Below, one piece after another: positions 1-11,731 of a DNA stretch of 64,000 bases. Source of the DNA: Octopus vulgaris. Taxonomy: Eukaryota. The stretch is from assembly GCA_951406725.2 (NCBI GenBank), contig OX597831.1, positions 73,098,001-73,162,000 on the forward strand, written 5' to 3'. The first letter of the stretch is position 1; every line of letters begins with the position of its first letter. Under the pieces are notes generated by a model. It was not told where the DNA came from and did not search any database. It saw only the letters and a list, made by a program, of their open reading frames with translations. The position numbers and the translations under genes were made by a program.

Positions 1-70
1 TGAGCTGGCAGAATTGTTACCACACAAGTAAAATGCTTATCAGCACTTCATCTGTCCTTATGTTCTAAGT

Positions 71-549
71 CAGGGCTGGCCAACCTGAGGCCCATGGGCT
101 GCATGCAACCCACAGAATTTTATCTTGCAGCCTGCTTGATATATTCTTGAAATAGGTTTATTTAAACAAACATTTAAAAAATTTTATCCAAAATTAAAGA
201 TTGCAATGAAAAGCAAAAAAAGAAAGAAAGAAACTGTTTTTGCAACGATAATATTTTTCGTGTTGAATCAACGATCATTTATTCTTTATTGTAATAATAG
301 CACGAGGAAGCAAAATGCTTTCGGTTCTGTCAGTACACAAGCGGCCCTCAATAGACTTTCTGTGATTAAAGTCATTCATTCATTGTTCAACCTTGGTCGA
401 GACAATGGAATTTACTGTGTTACGCCAAACTTCATGGTTCATCATGGCACTACGGAGGTCCTGTTCCTGGAGATTACATCAGGGTAGGAGAGTGTGCGCC
501 CTCTGGTGATTAAAGTGACCTGCTGTGTAATTCGAATTAGCCAGGTCTG
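71..549. mobile_element. hAT-type non-autonomous element inserted in a SINE
   Basis: Imperfect TIRs cagggctggccaa / ttagccaggtctg; 8-bp TSD ttctaagt (63-70) / ctctaagt (550-557). Confidence 0.75.
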
Positions 550-616
550 CTCTAAGTTCAAATTTTGTCACAGTTGACTTTGACTTTCAACCTTTTGGTG
601 TCAATAAATTAAGTAC

Positions 617-846
617 CTATTTCTTTACTACCCACAAGGGGTTAAACACAGACGGGACAAACAAGGACAGACAAACGGATTAAGTCGATTACATCGACCC
701 CAGTGCGTAACTGGTACTTAATTTATCGACTCCGAAAGGATGAAAGGCAAAGTCGACCTTGGCGGAATTTGAACTCAGAACGTAATGGCAGACGAAATAC
801 AGCTACACATTTCGCCCGGTGTGCTAACGTTTCTGCCAGCTCGCCG
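617..846 (-). mobile_element. tRNA-derived SINE family B (gcctttcatcctttcggggtcgataaa core)
   Basis: Near-identical copies at about 7708-7929, 11951-12165, 26881-27109, 32470-32678, 46277-46503 and 53858-54263, plus many older copies. Confidence 0.85.
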
Positions 847-1289
847 CTGCTCAATAAATTAAGTACCAGTTGAGTACTGGGGCTGATGTAATCAACTTAA
901 CCCCACCCCACCCCCGAAAAAGTATCAGGCCTTGGGGCTATAGTAGAAAGGATTACAAGAAGGCAGCAAGCTGGCAGAATGCTCAGACCATCAGAAACAA
1001 ATACATCGCTGTAATCTTTTCGTTAGATTCCAAGTTCAAACTCCACTGAGGTCAATTTTGCCTTTCATCCTTCCAGAGTTGATAAAATAAAGTACCAAAT
1101 GAGTACCAACATTGATAGTACTGACTAAGCTCCCCAACTTCCAAAGTTGTCGGCCTTATGTCTAAAGAAAAAAAACACTATTATTCTTCTTTGAGTACCT
1201 ATTGCCAGTCATTCCAAATGACTATAGTTCAAATTTACTGAAAACAAAAGACAAAGACAGGTGAGGGAACAACAAGCAGGTGTGTTTGT

Positions 1290-1518
1290 TTAACCCTTTC
1301 ATTACTGTATTTATTTTGAGATGCTCTGTGTGTCTCTCAATTAATTTTAAATATAACAAAGAATTTATAAAATAACTTAGTTATCATTCAGCTAGTGTTA
1401 GGAACATAAATTGTGACTAAGGTTTGGTGGAAGATTTCAATTCAAAACTTATGCAAACAAGACATTTGTGCGACAGAGCCAGAGCCGGTTTCAGCCAGAT
1501 TGGTAACAAAAGGGTTAA
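1290..1518. mobile_element. TTAA-flanked (piggyBac-like) MITE; inverted twin at 3823-4051
   Basis: TTAACCCTTT...AAAGGGTTAA termini; related elements near 14941, 15119-15348, 35233-35451 and 44313. Confidence 0.7.
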
Positions 1519-2127
1519 TGCTTGGGAAGAATGGAAAAGTCTTTGACATCTGGACAAAGACTCTTTGACAGAAAGGGTTGAGAGGGAAAAAAGCAGAGAG
1601 AGAATAAAACATGTAGGGATTAATGGTTCAACATGATGATACAGACTGTGGGAAAATTCCAAAGGATGCCTGGCTGCTATTTCTATTAGATCTGGTTGCC
1701 ACGTAGGGGATTTCTTTTGACTTATTAACAGATATTGTTCTTTGAGTACCTTTTGCCAGTCATCCCAAAATAGTTTGCTCCGTTTCAAAGTCCACTGCAC
1801 TTTTCCCTATCTTCTCAAAGTCGTTTGACTTGTTATCAAAGCAGTTCAGTTTGATTACATAAATACTGTCGTGTCGGGTTTTAATGTGCTCAACATTGAT
1901 TTCAGAACAACTGGGAGGATGGGGGGGGGGGGGGTTATTTTTCATGTTTTTCTTTTTGTCAGTTTTGCTGCATCAACAAAGGCTCTGTTTTGAAGTTACT
2001 TGTTATCGTCGACATTACCTTTATCCTCCTCCTCCTCCTTACCATCATCATCATTCACATCATCATCACCATTATCATCAACAGCATCATCAATGCTGGT
2101 TTACAACCATTACACATGATATCATGA

Positions 2128-2163
<36 letters not shown>

Positions 2164-3077
2164 TACATATATATATATATATACACACACACACATACAC
2201 ACACACACAAGTAAGCACATAAGTACAAAACTCACTACCTCACGATTGTGAGCCTGATGCTCACAACCACAAGGTAGTGAGTTCAATTCCTGGACCAGGC
2301 TGAGTGTTGTGTTCTTGAGCAAGACACTTTATTTCACGGTGCTCCAGTTCATTGATCTGTAGAAATGAGTTGTGATGTCACTGACGCCAAGCTGTTTCGA
2401 CCCCTTTGCCTTTCCCTTGGATAACATCTGTGGTGTGGAGAGAGGAGGCTGACATGCATGGGCGACTACTGGTCTCCCATAAACAACCTTGCCTGGACTT
2501 GTGCCTTAGAGGGTAACTTTCTAGTTTCAATCCCACAGTCATTCCTGACCGAAGGGGGTCTTTATATACATACATACATATACGTGTATATTTATATGGA
2601 CATATGTATGACAAGCTTCTTTCAGTTTCCGTCTACCAAATCCACTCACAAGGCTTTGGTCAGCCTTGGGTTGTAGTTGTGTAGCGGAAGGCACTTGCTG
2701 AAGATGCCATGCAGTGGAACTGATCCTAAAATCCCATGGTTGAGAAGCAAGCTCCATAACCACACAGCTATGGATGTTTGTGTGTGGGTTTGTGTAATTA
2801 CCCTAAAAATAATTTATATGATAAGGAGAATCTTTCCAGAATGAGGTTCATGACCCATAGATTAAGTACCCCTCACACACACACGAGTGTGTGTGTGGGT
2901 GGGTGTAATCAGCTAAAATAATATCCGTTATCAGATAAGGCAAATCTATTCAAAACATGGTTGTTAACCTTAATAGATATGAGGTATTTTTCTGTTATCT
3001 TGGTCTTTGTTAAAAATTAAAAAAAAGAAATGCTAAACAGGAGACAAATTGGCATAATTTTAATTCTTCTCACCTAT

Positions 3078-3478
3078 GGCGCAGGAGTGGCTGTATGGTA
3101 AGTAGCTTGTCTACCAACCACATGGTTCCGGGTTCAGTCCCACTGCATGGCACCTTGGGCAAGTGTCTTCTGCTATAGCCTCGGGCTGACCAAAACCTTG
3201 TGAGTGGATTTGGTAGACGGAAACTGAAAGAAGCCTGTCGTATATATATGTATATATATATATATATGTGCGTGTCTGTGTTTGTCCCCTAGCATTGCTT
3301 GACAACCGATGCTGGTGTGTTTATGTCCCCGTTACTTAGCGGTTCAGCAAAAGAGACCGATAGAATAAGTACTGGGCTTACAAAAGAATAAGTCCTGGGG
3401 TCGAGTTGCTTGATTAAAGGTGGTGCTCCAGCATGGCCGCAGTCAAATGACTGAAACAAGTAAAAGAGTAAAAGAGTA
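3078..3478 (+). mobile_element. tRNA-derived SINE family A (about 400 bp, internal (TA)n, gtaaaagag tail)
   Basis: A/B-box-like head ggcgcaggagtggctg...ggttcagtcc; copies at about 5163-5545(-), 6214-6620(+), 16743-17132(-), 26198-26590(+), 29200-29613(-), 38622-39020(-) and 49955-50450(+). Confidence 0.88.
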
Positions 3479-4119
3479 TGGTATTTATGATATTAATTAC
3501 AAGCTAACGAAAGAATCTTTGGGTGGTCACATGATCTGCTAGAAATAGCAACTATATTTTTTTAAATCACACTTTACTGTCTAATATATGACAGAATATG
3601 TGTTAATATCTGTTAATAAGTCAAAAGAAATCCCCTACATGGCAACCAGATCTAATAGAAATAGCAGCCAGACATCCTTTGGACTTTTCCCACAGTCTGT
3701 ATCATCATGTTGAACCATTAATCCCTACATGTTTTATTCTCTCTCTGCTTTTTTCCCTCTCAACCCTTTCTGTCAAAGAGTCTTTGTCCAGATGTCAAAG
3801 ACTTTTCCATTCTTCCCAAGCATTAACCCTTTTGTTACCAATCTGGCTGAAACCGGCTCTGGCTCTGTCGTACAAATGTCTTGTTTGCATAAGTTTTGAA
3901 TTGAAATCTTCCACCAAACCTTAGTCACAATTTATGTTCCTAACACTAGCTGAATGATAACTAAGTTATTTTATAAATTCTTTGTTATATTTAAAATTAA
4001 TTGAGAGAAACACAGAGCATCTCAAAATAAATACAGTAATGAAAGGGTTAAACAAACACACCTGCTTGTTGTTCCCTCACCTGTCTTTGTCTTTTGTTTT
4101 CAATAAATTTGAACTATAG

Positions 4120-7100
4120 TGTTGTGGAAGAATTCTGACCACCCTATGTGACTAAAAGTGGACTGACACATTGCTTATAAACAAAGTACTGTGAGAAATA
4201 GTGAAGCAGTTCACTGTGAGCTGTTGATTGAGAGCCTTGAGTCTCATGTAATAGTAATCATATTGTGTTGTGTAAATACTTTCTTTCTTCCTGCTTCGTT
4301 TAAATTATATATCCAACACCAGGATATAAAAGTGGCAACGAGGTGCTCGAAGCTTGCATTGGACATTTACAATTTTTTTTTTTATTTGGTACGAAACCAA
4401 AGAAAAAATCATTTTAACAAGGAAGTTTTATTAGCCTACATGGTGCAGTTGCAACAGCAGCAGCAGCAGTGGAGGCACAATGGCCCAGTGGTTAGGGCAG
4501 TGGACTCGCGGTCGGAGGATCGCAGTTTCGATTCCCAGACCGGGCGTTGTGTGTGTTTATTGAGCGAAAACACCTAAAGCTCCACGAGGCTCCGGCAGGG
4601 GGTGGTGGCGACCCCTGTTGTACTCTTTCACTCCAACTTTCTCTGACTCTTTCTTACTGTTTCTTGTCCACAACTTTCTATGCCACCGCTGAGCCTGGAT
4701 GCGCATTCCTCCATCCGTCGATGCTCTCGGTGTCGGGGGTTGACCTGCTTTCTCTGACTCTTTCTTCCTGTTTCTTGTCCCCGACTTCCTATGCAACCGC
4801 TGAGCCTGGATGCGCATTCATCTATCCGTCGATGCTCTCGGTGTCGGGGGGGGGGAGGTGACCTGCTTTCTCTTCTGCAGGTCTTACAAATAGCAAAGGA
4901 CCACGTTTCGGACTTCTCCCACTAATGGGACGAAGACCGCTTCACTCAAGAAAGAAACAAATAAAGCAGCAACAACAACTTCAACAGTAACAGTTACTGG
5001 AATTAATGTTGAAGAAGTCTGAAACTGCTTCAGGTCCACACTCACCAGGCAGCATAGCAAACTCAATTGAGGAATTCAGTGATAATCCAGAAGAAGGGAT
5101 TACCTTCTCTGCATATTTTCGAATATACAAAGAAATCTTCAAAGGAGGCTGTAAAAATTAGTTCTCTTTTACTCTCTTTTACTTGTTTCAGTCATTTGAC
5201 TGTGGCCATGCTAGAGCACCGCCTTTTAGTCGAGCAACTCGACCCAAGGACTTATTCTTTGGAAGCCTAGTACTTATTCTATCGGTCTCTTTTGCCGAAA
5301 CGCTAAGTGACGGGGACGTAAACACACCAGCATCGGTTGTCAAGCAATGCTCGGGAGACAAACACATACATATATACATATATACAACAGGCTTCTTTCA
5401 GTTTCCGTCTACCAAATCCACTCACAAGGCATTGGTCGGCCCGGGGCTATAGCAGAAGACACTTGCCCAAGGTGCTACGCAGTGGGACTGGACCCGGAAC
5501 CATGTGGTTGGTTAGCAAGCTACTTACCACACAGCCACTCCTGCGTTGGACAAGAAAAAAATACAACTACTTTTAAGAAAGTTATTCCCTGCCAAACATG
5601 GAAAATATTGTAATTATATTCTGCTGAAGAAACCAGGTGAGATTTGTTTTGATGAAACAATATTTTATCAAAAATTTTCAGCGAAAGAAATTCCCTGTTC
5701 AATACTTGCTGGCAATGTTTAAATTTGGTCAAAAAAGATGATGAAGATTTCGTCACCTATGCTGGAGTGGTTAACAGAGTGTGAGAAATTCAAATTGAAT
5801 GAGTTGACCATGGACATGTTCAAGGGTTTAATTTTTGTTCAAGGGCTTCCTGCAGGCAGAGATGCAGATATACATTCCAAGATGCTAACAAAGTTAGAAC
5901 AGGACAAAAAAAATTTAACTCTGCAGGCTGTAGCAGAAGAATGTCAGAGGATTATAAATCTAAGACATGAAGAAAAAGATTGGCCTCATATTCATATGTA
6001 GACTGGTAAAAGATATGAAAAAAGAGGAAAAATGTCAAGACTGAATCCATGTTATGGGTGCAGTGATCTACATTTCACAGCATTAGAACAAAGAGATAAA
6101 CTTAGAGAGACTAGAATAAGTTGGAGTTATCCAAAAAGTGGAAATACAACGACCTTACAAGCCTTTTTGGGACTGGCAAATTCTTACCAAAATTATATTC
6201 CGAATATGCATAAGGCACAGGAGTGGCTGTTGTGGTAAGTAGCTTGCTAACCAGCCACATGGTTCCGGGTTCAATCCCACTGAGTGGCATCTTGGGCAAG
6301 TGTCTTCTGCTACAGCCCCAGGCCGACCAATGCCTTGTGAGTGGATTTGGTAGACGGAAACTGAAAGAAGCCTGTCGTATATATGTATATATATATATAT
6401 ATATGTGTGTATGTGTCTGTGTTTGTCCCCCTAGCATTGCTTGACAACTGATGCTGGTGTGTTTACGTCCCCGTCACTTAGCGGTTCGGCAAAAGAGACC
6501 GGTAGAATAAGTACTGGGCTTACAAAGAATAAGTCCCGGGGTCGATTTGCTCGACTAAAGGCGGTGCTCCAGCATGGCCGCAGTCAAATGACTGAAACAA
6601 GTAAATGAGTAAAATGAGAATGAGTAAGGTAAGAGTTCTACTAAATAATCTATAAAAAAAGGATGTAAAGTAGAATCGCCCGAAAATTGGTAACATGAAG
6701 GTGATGGTTCATACCTTGTGTTCTCTGATATCAGCCGAGAAAAAATACAGCCAAATTAAAAAAAGAGACCCTAGCGATTATTTTTGCCGTAAAAAAATTT
6801 CCAACATTTTTACACGATAGAAGTTTGTGACTACAGACTGATCATCATATGTTATTATTGATATTTGGGTCAAAGAAAGGAATCCCTACCCATACTGCTA
6901 ATAGGTTACAACGCTGGGGTACTAAATTATTAAACTATGACTTTAAGATGGCATATGTACCATCTCAGAAATTAGCACATGCTTATTGTTTATCAAGACA
7001 GATTTCAGAAAATGTTGAATCATTTGAAGATATCATGATTACTGTTTTGTGAGTGGAATATGAAATTGAAAATGTTTTGAGTAACGTCATACGTAAACTG

Positions 7101-9075
7101 TCAGTCACATTACAAGACAAAATTAGAATCGGAAAATGATAAATTCATCTAAAAAATTAAAGAAATGATGATGTTTGATATTTTGTGGGGAATAATTTTA
7201 GGTATATCTACTCATCTGTTTGGTTAAAGAAATGATAAATTCATTTAAAAAATTAAAGAAAAGAGATACAAATATGTGTTTTTCTGAATGCAACAAAAAT
7301 TTAAACCCATTCTCAATGTGTTAAGCTACGCACAAAGAGTTGTTGTGCCAACCACACTACAGAAGCGAGTACTAAAGGAATTTCACAATTGTCACTCAGG
7401 GATTTCTAGAATGAAATCGTTGACAAGGTATGTATATTAGCCAGCAATGGACCATGACATTGTAGAACTAATAAAACATGCAGAAGTTGTGCTCTAGCTA
7501 CAAAAGCACCTACCACTAAATGGTAACCATGGGCAAAAACAGATATTCCATGGTCCAGACTGCATATCAATTATGCAGGTCCACTCAAGGGAGTGGTGGA
7601 CAGTTTTTTAAAGTGGCCTGAAATGCATAAGTGTAAAAAGCCAACATCTCTGGTTACAGTGAGTTTTTTTTACCCAAATTGTTCACCAGATATGGTATTC
7701 CTGATACCTATTTCTTTACTACCCACAAGGGGCTAAACACAGAGAGGACAAACAAAGACAGACAAACGGATTAAGTCGATTATATCGACCCCAGTGCGTA
7801 ACTGGTACTTAATTTATCGACCCCGAAAGGATGAAAGGCAAAGTCGACCTCAGCGGAATTTGAACTCAGAACGTAACGGCAGACGCAATACGGCTACGCA
7901 TTTTGCCCGACGTGCTAACGGTTCTGCCAATTCCTGATACCATTGTGTCTGATAATGGAACTCAGCTTACTTCAGATGAGTTCAGAAAATCTTGTAAAAT
8001 GTTTGTTACTGAACATGTCACCACTCCGCCATATCAACCTAGGTTAGAAGGACACGCGGAGCATTTTGTTGACACTTTCAAGAGAGCATTAGAAAAGGCA
8101 AACAATGAAGTAATGGACAACGTTGCACTTCAACAATTTCTGAGAATCTACTGAGTAACACCTAATCCAAATACCCTGTCTGGAATTTCACCTGCAGAAT
8201 TGATGTTTGCAAGAAAGATCAGATCCATTTCTGATAAGTTGATACCGAGTGAAAATAGAAAAAAAAGCAAATAAAAATACTTCAAAATAAAAATAAAATA
8301 AAACTACTTCAAAATTAGGTGACAAGAAAGGTGGGAGGATGGTGTAATTATTAAACAAATTGCAAGAATGTTATGGAGATGTACTTGCATAGCAAGTGAC
8401 CTGATCTGAGATAGTGTGCTGGAACAAAAACAATTGCAGTATTATAAGCCATTTAAGAAACACACAAAAACTGTTAGATCCACTTCAACATTTAAATTTA
8501 ATTTGTGAAAATATTTTCGCCACTTTGAGACTGCATCCTTTCACTGACAAAATTCCATGCTGCTTGGCTAATAAACACCTTCCAAGCTACAATTGTTTTG
8601 GAAGAATGTTATTCCTGGTAAAAGGTAAAATGTCAAACATCAAAAGACACACTAACCAACTTAAAAAAAGATTCAAGTAAAAACAGTCATGAGAAATAAA
8701 ATCCCCATGGCAGTATTGTATGACACGTTTGAGGTACCAGTATCGAAACAATTTGAAACTCCATATTCTAGCACCAGAAAATTGAAAACAACAGAAATAC
8801 TAGAATTAAACCCTAAGTGTAAGAGATTAAAACTCTGAACAGAGTTTAATTCTGGAAAGGGAAAAGTTGGGGAGACCAATTTTGAAAATGGCTGTTGTGG
8901 AATGATTCCAACCACCCTCATGTGACTAAAAGTGGAGTGACACATTACTACTGTGAGCTGTTGATTGAGAACATTGAGTATTATGTAAGAGTAATTGTAT
9001 TGCGCTGGGTAAATCCTTTCTTTTCCCCTGTTTCATGTAAATTATATATTCAACACCAGCATTAAAATATATAAA
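4120..9075 (+). mobile_element. Degenerate Gypsy LTR retrotransposon with both LTRs and four nested SINEs
   Basis: LTRs at about 4120-4331 and 8893-9075 (tgttgtggaa...gtgactaaaagtgga...caacaccag); PBS-like tggcaacgag at 4333; gag remnants (FKGLIFVQGL, CYGC..H); RT/RNaseH remnants (FLGLANSY, ANRLQRW); integrase remnant (IVSDNGTQ); many stops and frameshifts. Confidence 0.9.
4472..4960 (+). mobile_element. tRNA-derived SINE family C, inserted into the gag poly-Gln tract, with an internal duplication
   Basis: Head ggcacaatggcccagtggttagggc...tttcgattcc; relatives at about 11727-11890(+), 28400-28640, 33715-34088(-) and 40270-40553(-). Confidence 0.8.
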
Positions 9076-9452
9076 TGTGTATGTGCATGTGTGTGACCAC
9101 ATGTGTACCGTTGGCGATTTTTTTTCCTCTGTCTTCCCTTCTCTGGATCTTTCCTTCTCCTATGTTTCCGACAAAGAGCTCCGCTAGAAACTATAATACT
9201 ATGTTTGTTCCACGTCCTCGCGTTTTTTTGTGCTTTCTTGTTTGGATTAACTATATATATATATATGTATATATATATACAGGCACAGGTGTGGCAAGAA
9301 GTTTGCTTCCCAACCACATGGTTCTGGGTTCAGTCCCACTTCATGGCACCTTGGGCAAGTATCTTCTACTATAGCCTCAGGCCGATCAAAACCTTGTGAG
9401 CGGATTTAGTAGTTGGAAACTGAAAGAAACACATTGTATATATGTGTGTGTT

Positions 9453-9497
<45 letters not shown>

Positions 9498-11663
9498 TGA
9501 CTGTTTGTCCCCCACTATGCTGCTTGACAACTGGTGCTGGTTTGTTCATGTTCCAGTGACTTAGTGGTTCAGCAAAAGAGACTAATAGAATATGAACCAT
9601 GCTTTAAAAAGTGCTGGAGTCAATTCATTCGGCTAAAAACTCAAGGCAGTGCCCCAGCATGGCCACAGTCTAATGACTGACACAAGTAAAAACAAAAAAA
9701 AAAGGATATAAAAGCAGCAACAAAGGGGATTTCTACAAAAAGTCGAACCTTGTAGAAATAGCAAAGAAGCCTCCTTCATATCACACTCTTTTGTGTTAAA
9801 TATGCAGAAGTCAATGAGGAAAATCTCTACATTGTTACAAGACCTAGTAGAAATAGCAACCAAATATCCCTCAATTCATACCCTAATGTTGACTATGTGA
9901 TAGCTAGACATAGCAAAAATAGCAGCTTAATTTCCTTCGAATCCCACCCCATGAGTGTGTGTCATATATATGACACTAGAAGTAGCTGACCTCGTGAGAA
10001 CTGTACGCACTGAAGTTGGCATTTGTAACTGGTTTAGTCTGACTCTTACTGGTAACTGTGTCACCAAGACTGGCTTAACAGTCCCAGATAATGACACTTC
10101 TGTTAAACTTCACAAACAACATGACCTAAAAAAATGATTTGTACCAGTAGAATGTTGAGTTTCATGTCAAAACTGATCAAATCTTTTCAGGAACATTCAT
10201 GGTTGTTCATAACTATTTCTACCTTGTTATTATTATTATTATCATTATTATGAAGGTGGCAAGCTGGCAAGCTGGCAGAATCGTTAGCACACCAGACAAA
10301 ATGATTAACAGCATTTTGTCCGTCTTCACCTTCTGAGTTCAACTTTGCTTTTCACCTTCTCGGGGTTGATAAATTGAGTACCAGCAAAACACTGATGATA
10401 AGGAGGGGCATATTTGATGTGATCGACTAGTCTCCCCGCTCCCACCAAATTTCAAGTCTTGCGTCTTTAGTAGAAAGGGTTATAATTATCAGAATGGTAA
10501 AAGCTGACAGAGTCATTAGCATGCTAGACACAACGGTTTATAACATTTCATTTGTCCATACATCCCGAGTTCAAATTTCACCATGGCAAACTTTGCCGTT
10601 TATCCTTTTGGGGTTAATGAAATAAATACCAGTTGAGCACTGGGGTCAACGTAATTGACTAGCTCGTTTTCCCAAAATGCCAAGGATCGTGCCTTGAGTA
10701 GAATGGGTTATTATTAACCTTGTCACACTGAATTCTTGCTACAGCGGAAATAGGTTAAACATCAATGCTACTGGATTCCAGGTGAAGCAGTCATGAACAA
10801 CATGCTTAGAAAAAGAAGATGCAACCGATTCTGTCCATTAGTTTACCTGAAATCGTTAGGTTTGAGCTGTATACGCAGCTATTTTTGTTTTGGCCGGGAG
10901 TCCAGATGGAGGGAGAAATTAGACACAGGGGCCCCAGTCTGAGAGGGTTAACATCATCATCAACAAGTTTTAAATTTAACGTAAAGTATACTAGCCATCT
11001 CAATATGGCTAATCACTAAGGGTGGGTGTTACTGTAGCTTTTAGCCCCAGGAGATCATCGTCTCCAGCTGGCTTTAGGCACACTTTCTGTGCCCTTATGA
11101 TATTTGCAGAGGGAGGTCATCCCCTCTCGTAAACCTAAGTGATACGCATGGATTGCAGTTTCGAGGTAATTTGCCTCTTGTCAACGTACGGTAATCACCG
11201 GTTTTCGATGAAAGGAAGACCTGTTTGCAAATACTTATTTTTTTTCTAGTAACTTCCGTCACTGATTTCAAAAAACTGTCTGCAAGCAATAATAAATCTC
11301 TGAACGAGATGTAAAGTTTTAAATTATTTTAAATAAATTTACTGATAAAATATTATTCACCTTCCCAGTCAAATTTCTGCATAATCATATCTATATGATT
11401 ATGGACATGCGATGAGGATCATGTTCTGGGGAGAGTGCTTGAGTTTAAAGTGAATGAACTGTGAAAGTGAGTTCAACCAAAGAAAGCGTGGAGGAGGAGA
11501 TTGGGAGGGTTGGCTTGAGGAGGGAGGAGGCCCAAAACTAGGTAAGGTGGTGTGAGAATAGTTGCTGTAAGAGTGAGGTAGATCCATATACCCCCATTAA
11601 CGGGGACAAACCTGGATTTAAAATAATGGAATTCATCATCAATCCATTAAGAGTGTGTGTGTG

Positions 11664-11731
<68 letters not shown>

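Noticed and set aside
3078-3160. SINE heads as real tRNA genes
   Set aside because: A/B-box-like motifs run into SINE bodies; no complete cloverleaf
1417-3924. Two similar ORFs (1417-1800 minus, 3679-3924 plus)
   Set aside because: They arise from the inverted duplication and the MITE; no protein features
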